Below, piece after piece: positions 8,255 through 15,690 of a stretch of 24,000 nucleotides of DNA. Within the stretch, counting starts at the first letter, position 1. Each line of letters opens with the position of its first letter. This stretch comes from Aestuariibaculum lutulentum. GTDB taxonomy: Bacteria > Bacteroidota > Bacteroidia > Flavobacteriales > Flavobacteriaceae. The translations under genes were made by a program, and so were the position numbers. Where the stretch lies: positions 2,323,861 through 2,347,860 of the forward strand of contig NZ_CP136709.1 of NCBI RefSeq assembly GCF_032926325.1, read 5' to 3'. A model generated the notes under the pieces. The model made no database searches. It worked only from the letters and a program-made list of their open reading frames with translations, and was not told the DNA's origin.

Positions 8255-8674
8255 ATGGATAAGACAAAAGAATATACAAATGGAGAAGTAACGATTGTCT
8301 GGAAACCTGAAAAATGTATCCACTCCGGTATTTGTGCTAAAGGTTTACCTCAGGTTTTTCAACCTATGGTTCGCCCATGGATTAATATTGATGGTGCTAA
8401 AACGGAAATATTGGTAGATCAGGTTAAAGCTTGTCCGTCGGGAGCTTTGAGTTATTATATGAACAACAAAAAAGATAAAACCTCTGAAGTTTTAGAGGCT
8501 CATGTTGAGGTTTTAGAAAATGGTCCGTTATTAGTTTATGGCACGCTTCATATCAGTCATAAAGATGGAAGTCAGGAAGTGAAAAATAAAACCACGGCAT
8601 TTTGTAGGTGTGGACATTCTCATAACAAACCTTTTTGTGATGGATCGCACGCTAAGGAGAATTTTAAAGGCTAA
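8255..8674 (+). CDS. two-domain iron-sulfur protein: divergent mono-cluster ferredoxin-like N-domain fused to a CDGSH [2Fe-2S] domain
   Basis: 139 aa. The N-terminal Cys pattern is C-x5-C...CP (KCIHSGICAKG...ACPSGAL). The C-terminus matches the CDGSH signature C-x-C-x2-S-x3-P-x-C-D-G-S-H perfectly (CRCGHSHNKPFCDGSH). Confidence 0.8.
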   Translation: MDKTKEYTNGEVTIVWKPEKCIHSGICAKGLPQVFQPMVRPWINIDGAKTEILVDQVKACPSGALSYYMNNKKDKTSEVLEAHVEVLENGPLLVYGTLHISHKDGSQEVKNKTTAFCRCGHSHNKPFCDGSHAKENFKG

Positions 8675-8679
8675 AAGAA

Positions 8680-8711
8680 AAAGCGCTTCAACTGTATAAT
8701 TGAAGCGCTTT
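8680..8711 (+). terminator. stem-loop downstream of the Fe-S protein gene (candidate intrinsic terminator)
   Basis: Perfect 12-bp inverted repeat, aaagcgcttcaa (8680-8691) and ttgaagcgcttt (8700-8711), with an 8-nt loop, 6 nt after the stop. On the plus strand only 3 U follow the GC core. The long U-tract (tttttctttt) is on the minus-strand reading, where no gene ends. Confidence 0.5.
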
Positions 8712-8817
8712 AAATATATAGAGACGCATACGCGGAATATTAAATCTATATTTCCTTAAGCCGATTTATAATATATACGTTATAAAGATGCTTTTGGATG
8801 TTAATGGTGGTTAAAAG

Positions 8818-9618
8818 ATGAATAAAAATTCGGAATATTTTGAAGTCAATAAAAAGACTTGGAATGACAAGGTTAAGATTCATGTAGAAAGTGAAATGTA
8901 TAACTTTGAGGCTTTTATAACAGGTAAGACTTCTTTAAATTCTTATGAGCTGTTGGCTTTAGGAAATGTTCGTGGAAAATCTTTATTGCATTTGCAATGT
9001 CATTTTGGGCAAGATACCTTGAGTTGGAGTAGAGAGGGAGCTATTTGCGTTGGTGTAGATTTAAGTAATGAAGGCATTAAAATGGCGAAAGGTCTTAATG
9101 ACGAATTGGGTTTAGATGCTAAATTTGTTTGTTGTAATGTACTAGATGTCCCCGATTATATTTCAGAAACATTCGATATTGTTTTTACAAGTTATGGTGT
9201 TATTGGCTGGTTGCCGGATTTAAAACCTTGGGGTAAAATTATAGCCGATCGTTTAAGGTCAGGAGGTGTTTTTTATATTGTTGAATTTCATCCTATTGTT
9301 TGGATGTTCGATTATTTAGAAGGTAAGCCAGTTATGAAGTATGGCTATATGCAGGACGAAGTGATTTATGAGGAATATGAAGGTACTTATGCGGACACCA
9401 AATCGAAAATAGTAAGTAAGGAATATGGTTGGAATCATGGTTTAGGTGAAGTAGTTACAGCATTAACAGAAGCAGGTCTAAGCATAGAATATTTACGGGA
9501 GCATGATGAAAGTCCGTATAATGTTTTACCAGATTTAGTAAAAACCGAATCTCATAATTATGTAACTAAAGACCGTTTGTATCCTTTAATTTTTGAAATT
9601 AAGGCGACAAAACCTTAA
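8818..9618 (+). CDS. class I SAM-dependent methyltransferase
   Basis: 266 aa with ATG start. It has a variant motif I (LLHLQCHFGQDTL), then VGVDLS and FTSYGVIGWLPDL. This looks to me like a widespread uncharacterised methyltransferase family. Confidence 0.85.
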   Translation: MNKNSEYFEVNKKTWNDKVKIHVESEMYNFEAFITGKTSLNSYELLALGNVRGKSLLHLQCHFGQDTLSWSREGAICVGVDLSNEGIKMAKGLNDELGLDAKFVCCNVLDVPDYISETFDIVFTSYGVIGWLPDLKPWGKIIADRLRSGGVFYIVEFHPIVWMFDYLEGKPVMKYGYMQDEVIYEEYEGTYADTKSKIVSKEYGWNHGLGEVVTALTEAGLSIEYLREHDESPYNVLPDLVKTESHNYVTKDRLYPLIFEIKATKP

Positions 9619-10271
9619 TGATTTTCTTTTAGCAATTCTGGGAATTTAGCTTTAAACCGATTTAACCTCGGAATAGAAACATTGCGTACATAAGGATTGT
9701 TGGGATGCAGGCGTTCGTAATTTTGATGATAATCTTCAGCTTTCCAGAATTTTTGAAACGGATATACCTCGGCTGCGATTTTAGCATTTAGTTTTTTTGC
9801 TAATACTTCTTTTTTCTTCAGAATGATAGCCTTCTGTTCTTCATTCTGATAAAAAATAATAGAACGGTATTGCGAGCCAATATCATTACCTTGTCCGTTA
9901 ACCTGAGTCACATTTTGCGAGCCAAAATAAACATCAACTAAAGTTGAAAAACTTACTATGTTAGGGTCATAAATCACTTCAACCGATTCGGCATGCCCCG
10001 TTTTTCCCGTGTTACTGGCTTCGTAAGTAGGGTTTTTAGTATGACCTCCGGAATACCCGCTAATCACTTCATCTACACCTTTAATACTTTCATAAATAGC
10101 TTCAACACACCAAAAGCAGCCACTGGCAAAGTAAGCGCGAGCTTTTCCATTTTTTAATGGGACTTCTACTGGATTTGAGTTTATTATCGCTTCCTGAGCT
10201 TTTGAGTTTTGGGCTGTATTCTGACAACTTATAATTAGGGTAAGGGTGAAGGTGAAAATAAGATGTTTCAT
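9615..10271 (-). CDS. msrA: peptide-methionine (S)-S-oxide reductase MsrA with lipoprotein-type signal peptide
   Basis: Catalytic GCFWC motif and conserved GHAESVEV and YHQNY blocks. The N-terminus MKHLIFTFTLTLIISC ends in a lipobox-like Cys. Confidence 0.92.
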   Translation of the reverse strand: MKHLIFTFTLTLIISCQNTAQNSKAQEAIINSNPVEVPLKNGKARAYFASGCFWCVEAIYESIKGVDEVISGYSGGHTKNPTYEASNTGKTGHAESVEVIYDPNIVSFSTLVDVYFGSQNVTQVNGQGNDIGSQYRSIIFYQNEEQKAIILKKKEVLAKKLNAKIAAEVYPFQKFWKAEDYHQNYERLHPNNPYVRNVSIPRLNRFKAKFPELLKENH

Positions 10272-10339
10272 TGGTTTCGAGTTGTTGCGTTTTAAGATTT
10301 AGACGTTACAATTTTAAAAACCTTAATAATTTGAAATAA

Positions 10340-10372
10340 AAAAGCCTTTACTCAAAATTGGTAAAGGCTTTT
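10340..10372 (-). terminator. rho-independent terminator after the Nif3/DUF164 pair
   Basis: 12-bp perfect stem, aaaagcctttac (10340-10351) and gtaaaggctttt (10361-10372), with a 9-nt loop. On the minus strand the GC core is followed by TTTTTTATTT. It lies 21 nt downstream of the stop at 10394. Confidence 0.78.
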
Positions 10373-10393
10373 AAATATTTAGTTAGAAAGTTA

Positions 10394-11176
10394 TTAGCTT
10401 ATTTTAGCGAATAATTTTTCCATTTTTTCTTTTTGTTCTTCAGCTAACTGTGCATCAACTAAGATACGTCCACTGTGCTCATCAGTAATGATTTTTTTAC
10501 GAGCAGCAATCTCAACCTGAATTTGAGGTGGAATAGTGAAGAAAGATCCTCCTGAAGCACCTCTTTCAATTGGTACAACAGCTAAACCGTTTTTCACGTT
10601 TTGACGAATTCTGGTGTATGCAGAAACTAAACGCTCTTCAATTTCGTTTTTGTAATCTTCAGATTTTTGAATTAAAGCTTTTTCTTCTTTTTCAGTTTCA
10701 GCTAAAATATCGTTTAACTCGCTTTTCTTGTGTTTAAGGTGCGTTTCACGCTCTTTTAAACGCTCTTTAGTTTCAGCGATAACTTCTTTTTTCTGTTCAA
10801 TTTGAGCTTTAAATTCTTTAATGTGTTTTTCAGCTAATTGAATTTCTAATTCCTGGAATTCAACCTCTTTAGTTAAAGAATTATATTCTCTGTTATTTCT
10901 AACATTTTTTTGTTGCTCGGTGTACTTTTTAATTAAAGCTTTAGCTTCTTCAATAAGATTCTTTCTAGATGCGATGTCGTTGTCAATAACTTCTAAACTA
11001 GAAACTAATTTTTCTAATCTGATGTTAAGACCTGCAACTTCATCTTCTAAATCACGAACTTCTAAAGGAAGTTCTCCACGAACATTTCTAATTTCATCTA
11101 TACGTGAATCGATGAGTTGTAAATCGTATAAAGCTCTTAAGCGCTCTTCAACAGTTACTTCTTTATTTTTAGCCAT
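10394..11176 (-). CDS. DUF164/HP0958-like coiled-coil protein with degenerate (Cys-less) C-terminal zinc-ribbon region
   Basis: 260 aa. It has a long Glu/Lys-rich heptad-like coiled coil and a C-terminal block ERGASGGSFFTIPPQ...ITDEHSGRILV. It lies 3 nt downstream of the Nif3 gene, a pairing I recall from other bacteria. Confidence 0.78.
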   Translation of the reverse strand: MAKNKEVTVEERLRALYDLQLIDSRIDEIRNVRGELPLEVRDLEDEVAGLNIRLEKLVSSLEVIDNDIASRKNLIEEAKALIKKYTEQQKNVRNNREYNSLTKEVEFQELEIQLAEKHIKEFKAQIEQKKEVIAETKERLKERETHLKHKKSELNDILAETEKEEKALIQKSEDYKNEIEERLVSAYTRIRQNVKNGLAVVPIERGASGGSFFTIPPQIQVEIAARKKIITDEHSGRILVDAQLAEEQKEKMEKLFAKIS

Positions 11177-11179
11177 ACT

Positions 11180-12274
11180 TTAAAAATACTTAACAGGATT
11201 GGTATTTGTCTTTGATAAAATGATTGCAAAATTAGTAATTTTTTTTGTAAGATGTGCTACTAAACCGTTTTTTGTGAACTGCTCACTTTCATAATGTCCA
11301 ATATCGGTTAGTAGGATGCTGTTTTCAGCCGTAAAAAAGTCGTGATATTTTAAATCGGCTGTGATAAATGCATCAGCACCAGCGGCTTTAGCAGCATCAA
11401 TAGCAAAACTTCCAGAACCGCCAAGTACCGCAACTTTTTTAATGTTTTTATTTAAAAAGGCAGAATGACGAATACATTCGGTATTCATTTTGTCTTTTAC
11501 ATAGGTCAAGAAGTTTTTTTCATCCATAGATTCTTCCAATTCGCCCACCATGCCTATGCCTATATGCTGATTTTTATTTTCAATAGTAACCACTTCATAA
11601 GCCACTTCTTCGTAAGAATGGGTGTCGAACAAAGTTTTAAGAATTTGAGATTCTAAATGTTTTGGAAAGGTAACTGTTATTTTAGTTTCAGCCTCGGTAT
11701 GTGTGACGCCGCGTTCTCCAATAGTAGGATTGGCATTTTTATTAGCATTAAACGTACCATAACCTTCCACATTAAAGCTACAATTATTATAATTACCAAT
11801 AGTTCCGGCACCAGCATTGAATAAAGCCGCTCTAAGTTGCTCGGCTTCATTTTTAGGAACATAGGTAGTTAGTTTTTTTATGGTTTGTAGTTGTGGAATT
11901 AAAATCTGCTTATTGCTTAATTTGAGCTGATTACAAATCATATCGTTAACACCATGAAACGTATTGTCTAGGGCTGTGTGCATGGTGTAAATGGCGATAT
12001 CGTGTTTTATGGCTTTAAGAACAACGCGTTCTACATATGTTTTTCCTGTTATTTTTTTAAGTCCTTTAAAGATGATAGGGTGGAAGCTGACTATTAAGTT
12101 GCAGTTGTTTTCGATTGCCTCATCTACAACAGTTTCTAAAGTATCAAGCGTTACTAACACGCCTGTTAATTTCGCTCTTTTATCACCAACAAGAAGGCCT
12201 ACATTATCAAAATCTTCGGCGTAAGCCAAAGGCGCTAAGGTCTCCAAGTGGTCAATAACATCCTGAATTATCAT
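11180..12274 (-). CDS. Nif3-like dinuclear metal centre protein (GTP cyclohydrolase 1 type 2/NIF3 family)
   Basis: N-terminus MIIQDVIDHLETLAPLAYAEDFDNVGLLVGD, SFHPIIF, TMHTALD and C-terminal HYESE are typical of the family. ATG at 12274 is preferred over the TTG at 12325 because a perfect -7 box (12294-12301) lies between the two. Confidence 0.88.
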   Translation of the reverse strand: MIIQDVIDHLETLAPLAYAEDFDNVGLLVGDKRAKLTGVLVTLDTLETVVDEAIENNCNLIVSFHPIIFKGLKKITGKTYVERVVLKAIKHDIAIYTMHTALDNTFHGVNDMICNQLKLSNKQILIPQLQTIKKLTTYVPKNEAEQLRAALFNAGAGTIGNYNNCSFNVEGYGTFNANKNANPTIGERGVTHTEAETKITVTFPKHLESQILKTLFDTHSYEEVAYEVVTIENKNQHIGIGMVGELEESMDEKNFLTYVKDKMNTECIRHSAFLNKNIKKVAVLGGSGSFAIDAAKAAGADAFITADLKYHDFFTAENSILLTDIGHYESEQFTKNGLVAHLTKKITNFAIILSKTNTNPVKYF

Positions 12275-12293
12275 GAAATTATTTTGTTTATAC

Positions 12294-12301
12294 CAAAGAT
12301 A
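12294..12301 (-). promoter_or_regulatory. Bacteroidota sigma-A type -7 box (TATCTTTG) for the Nif3/DUF164 pair
   Basis: Perfect TAnnTTTG on the minus strand, 19 nt upstream of ATG 12274. A TTG (12323-12325) lies 21 nt further upstream as a possible -33 element. Confidence 0.5.
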
Positions 12302-12416
12302 AAATTTTAAGTCATTTAGAGACAATAATTATTAAGTTTTAGAAAACCTAAAGATTCTTTAGTGAGATGAAAAATGCTTATATTGCCACGTTAAAATGAA
12401 ATTAGATTGGGGCCTG

Positions 12417-13424
12417 ATGAAGTTAATTAGAAAAATAGTCTTTCCGTTTGTACCTGTATATTATTTAATTACCTATTTGAGAAATGTATTGTATGATCGT
12501 GGTGTGAAAACATCATCATCTTACGACTTTCCGGTTATTTGTGTAGGTAATCTTAGTGTTGGAGGAACAGGTAAAACTCCTATGATTGAGTACTTGATTA
12601 ACTTATTGAAAGACGACCATCTGGTAGCGACATTAAGCCGAGGTTATAAACGAAAAACAGAAGGGTTTCAGTTAGGTGATGAACAATCAATAGTGGAAAC
12701 TCTGGGTGATGAACCTTTTCAATTTTACAATAAGTTTGGTAACGATATTCTGGTGGCGGTAGATGCCGATCGTAGAAATGGCATAAAGCAATTACAAGAT
12801 TTAGATGGAACCCCAGATATTATTTTATTAGATGATGCTTATCAGCACCGAAAAGTAAAAGCTGGGTTTAATATTTTACTTTCTGCTTATAGTAATATTT
12901 ATACTAAAGACTGGATGTTACCAACCGGAAATTTACGAGAACCCAGAAGTGGAGCAAAACGTGCCAATGTTATTGTGATAACAAAATGTCCAGACGATTT
13001 AAGTGAATCCAGAAAACAACATATTATTAAGGCTATTAAGCCTGAACCGTATCAGGAAGTATTTTTTAGTTCCATTGAATACGATACCAATGTGTATTCA
13101 TCTCATGAAACAAAATCTTTAGAGACATTTGGAGATTTTACTTTGGTAACTGGGATTGCCAATGCGAATACTTTGGTGAAATATTTAAAAGAAAAAGGAA
13201 AACATTTTGATCATTTAAATTTTGATGATCATCATAATTTTACTGATCAGGAAATTTTATTACTGAGTACAAAATCGACGCTCTTAACCACAGAAAAAGA
13301 TTTTATGCGTCTAAAACAATACGATGTACTTAAAAAAAGATTATACTATCTCCCAATAAAAACAAAGATTGACCGACCGGAAGTTTTTAATAAACTTGTT
13401 TTAGATTTTGTTAACGCTAATTAA
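12417..13424 (+). CDS. lpxK: tetraacyldisaccharide 4'-kinase
   Basis: P-loop GNLSVGGTGKTP, LSRGYKRK and ILLDDAYQH. ATG at 12417 (MKLIRKIVFPF) is more typical of the family than ATG at 12396, which adds 7 aa. Confidence 0.9.
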   Translation: MKLIRKIVFPFVPVYYLITYLRNVLYDRGVKTSSSYDFPVICVGNLSVGGTGKTPMIEYLINLLKDDHLVATLSRGYKRKTEGFQLGDEQSIVETLGDEPFQFYNKFGNDILVAVDADRRNGIKQLQDLDGTPDIILLDDAYQHRKVKAGFNILLSAYSNIYTKDWMLPTGNLREPRSGAKRANVIVITKCPDDLSESRKQHIIKAIKPEPYQEVFFSSIEYDTNVYSSHETKSLETFGDFTLVTGIANANTLVKYLKEKGKHFDHLNFDDHHNFTDQEILLLSTKSTLLTTEKDFMRLKQYDVLKKRLYYLPIKTKIDRPEVFNKLVLDFVNAN

Positions 13425-15658
13425 GCGGTTTCAGATCTACCTTTTTTAGATGCTAAAGCATTGTAAAGTTTTTTCTCAAACTCTTCCTGCTTAAATGGTT
13501 TAGGAATAATATCGGTAAATCCAGCTTCCTCAAACTCATGCATTTTATCTTCAATGGTAACAGCTGTAAGTGCAAAAATAGTAAGTTCCTTATCAAAGGT
13601 TCTCACAATTTTAGTGGCTTCTATACCACTAATGCCCGGCATATGGATATCCATTAAAATGATGTCGTACTTATTGGTTTTAATCTTATCAACCGCAGCT
13701 TCACCGTTGTCAACTATCTCACAATTTAGCTTCATTTTAGTTAAGATTTTCTTGGTAATCATCTGGTTGATTTTGTTGTCTTCAACCACAAGAACCTTAA
13801 CGTTTTCTAGGTCTAAATCGTCTGGATTTCCACTAAAGTAAGTGGTTTTGTTGTCTAAGTTTTCTTCGGTCGCCGTATATTCTAATGGAATTTCGAAGTA
13901 GAAAGTTGTTCCTTTTCCAAGTTCACTTTTTACATAAATTTTTCCTTTAAGAATATCAATTAAACCTTTAACAATAGATAAACCTAATCCGGTACCTCCG
14001 TACTTACGATTAATTTGTATCGAACCTTGTGAGAAACTTTCAAACATATGGTCTTGTTTCTCCTGACTAATACCAATACCGTTATCTTCTACTTCAAATC
14101 GAAGGGTATAGATTTTATCGTTTTCTTCAATTTTATAGATTCTAATCCATATATCGCCGTCTTTGGTAAACTTAATTGAGTTACCAATAAGGTTAATAAG
14201 GATTTGAGATATTTTAATTTGATCGGCAATAAAGTTTTCCCCAAGCGTCGTGTCGTATTCCAGATGAATTTTAACATTATTATCTTGTGCAGAATTGTTT
14301 AAAGCCAGGATAATATTGTTGATTTTTTTCTTAAGGTTGAATGGCTCTGGTTCAATATCAACTTTATTAGCTTCAATTTTATTAATCTGAAGAATATCAT
14401 TAATAAAGGTTAATAGGTAATCTCCTGAGAATTTTAAAGATTTTAAATGCTGAATTTGTTCCGGTTTCGGGTTTTCTTCCAGCAACATATTACTTAAACC
14501 AGTTACAGCATAAAGCGGTGTTCTTAACTCGTGTGTTACGGTTGAAAGGAAGTTTGCTTTAGTTTTCGAAGCTAATTCAGCTTTTTCTTTAGCAATAATA
14601 AGTTCTCCATTTTTTTTGTGGAGCATATTATTGGTCTTTAACCTGATGTTGTTGTTTTTGTATAAGGACAGTGTCAATAACGATAAAATGGTAATTAAGG
14701 CCACACTTAAAATCGAGATTAAGGTTCCTAAATTTTTATCGTCTTCAGCTTTTTCCTTATCCTCAGATAATTTAGCGTTTTCCTGTAAAGCAAAATCTAA
14801 TTTGGCTTGAGTCTCCTGTGCTTTAGAATAGTTAGCACGTTTAATGCCTGCTAAAGAATCTGAAATTTCAATGTGGTATTTTAAATTTTCTCTTGAAGCC
14901 CTAAAGTCTTCAAGTTCATTGTAGATATCGCTGGTAATTAAATAGCCTTTATCTAAAATGCTTAAAAAACCTTCCTGTTTGGCTATGGCTACACCTTCGT
15001 TTGCAAGCGTTAGCGCTTTTTCGTTATTCTTAAGTTTATTGTAAACAATGGCGTGATAAACTAAATCTTCACTTTGTATTTTAAGTAAATCATTTTTTCT
15101 GGCCAATGCTAAAGATTGCTCAATAACATCGCGGGCTCTGTTGTAATTTTTTAAAAGTAAGTAGGTTTTACCTTCAGCAAGAAGCACATCGGCTAAATCG
15201 GCATGTAATTCTTCTTCTTCAAATTTAGATTTTGCTGCTCTGTAAGAATCTAGAGCCTGATAGTACATTTTTTTTGCAGCATAAACATCACCAAATATCT
15301 TATAGGATTTACCAAGATTGACATTGTCGTTTATGGTACGCTGTATTTCAACAGCTTTGTTTAATGAATTTATAGCCTGTTCAAACTCTTCAACATACAA
15401 TTGAAGTTTTCCTTTTAGGGCATAGATTATGGCTATATTTTCTTTGTTATTGGTGTTTTCTGCAATTTTAAGAGCTGAATCCAGGTTTTTTTGAGCTTCA
15501 TAATAGCTGAAGTTCTCCAGATTTTTTTGAGCATTTTCAATGTGATAATTGATTTCATTTTGAATTAACTCTGGATCATCATTGGCAGAATTCTGCGATG
15601 AAACACACATGCTAAAGAGCAATAGTAGTAGGACTATGTAACTTTTTATTTGAAGCAT
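13421..15658 (-). CDS. hybrid sensor histidine kinase/response regulator with extracytoplasmic TPR sensor region
   Basis: Signal/TM segment, about 280 aa of TPR-like repeats, a coiled coil, a second TM (LGTLISILSVALITILSLLTLSLY), H-box THELRTPL, N/G boxes (NLIGNSIKFT, DNGIGI, GGTGLGLSIV) and a C-terminal REC domain (VLVVEDN...LMDIHMPGISG...PKPF). ATG at 15658 is chosen over the TTG at 15679, whose codon lies inside the -7 box at 15677-15684. Confidence 0.9.
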   Translation of the reverse strand: MLQIKSYIVLLLLLFSMCVSSQNSANDDPELIQNEINYHIENAQKNLENFSYYEAQKNLDSALKIAENTNNKENIAIIYALKGKLQLYVEEFEQAINSLNKAVEIQRTINDNVNLGKSYKIFGDVYAAKKMYYQALDSYRAAKSKFEEEELHADLADVLLAEGKTYLLLKNYNRARDVIEQSLALARKNDLLKIQSEDLVYHAIVYNKLKNNEKALTLANEGVAIAKQEGFLSILDKGYLITSDIYNELEDFRASRENLKYHIEISDSLAGIKRANYSKAQETQAKLDFALQENAKLSEDKEKAEDDKNLGTLISILSVALITILSLLTLSLYKNNNIRLKTNNMLHKKNGELIIAKEKAELASKTKANFLSTVTHELRTPLYAVTGLSNMLLEENPKPEQIQHLKSLKFSGDYLLTFINDILQINKIEANKVDIEPEPFNLKKKINNIILALNNSAQDNNVKIHLEYDTTLGENFIADQIKISQILINLIGNSIKFTKDGDIWIRIYKIEENDKIYTLRFEVEDNGIGISQEKQDHMFESFSQGSIQINRKYGGTGLGLSIVKGLIDILKGKIYVKSELGKGTTFYFEIPLEYTATEENLDNKTTYFSGNPDDLDLENVKVLVVEDNKINQMITKKILTKMKLNCEIVDNGEAAVDKIKTNKYDIILMDIHMPGISGIEATKIVRTFDKELTIFALTAVTIEDKMHEFEEAGFTDIIPKPFKQEEFEKKLYNALASKKGRSETA

Positions 15659-15676
15659 TTTAGATATGTTTACCGA

Positions 15677-15684
15677 CAAATATA
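15677..15684 (-). promoter_or_regulatory. -7 box (TATATTTG) for the hybrid histidine kinase
   Basis: Perfect TAnnTTTG on the minus strand, 18 nt upstream of ATG 15658, inside the 32-nt gap after gap. Confidence 0.45.
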
Positions 15685-15690
15685 AATAAT

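Noticed and set aside
8788-8814. 8-codon upstream ORF (MLLDVNGG) ending 3 nt before the second methyltransferase ATG
   Set aside because: It is tiny, has no supporting promoter or leader structure, and mini-ORFs like this arise readily by chance. There is no evidence for attenuation-type regulation.
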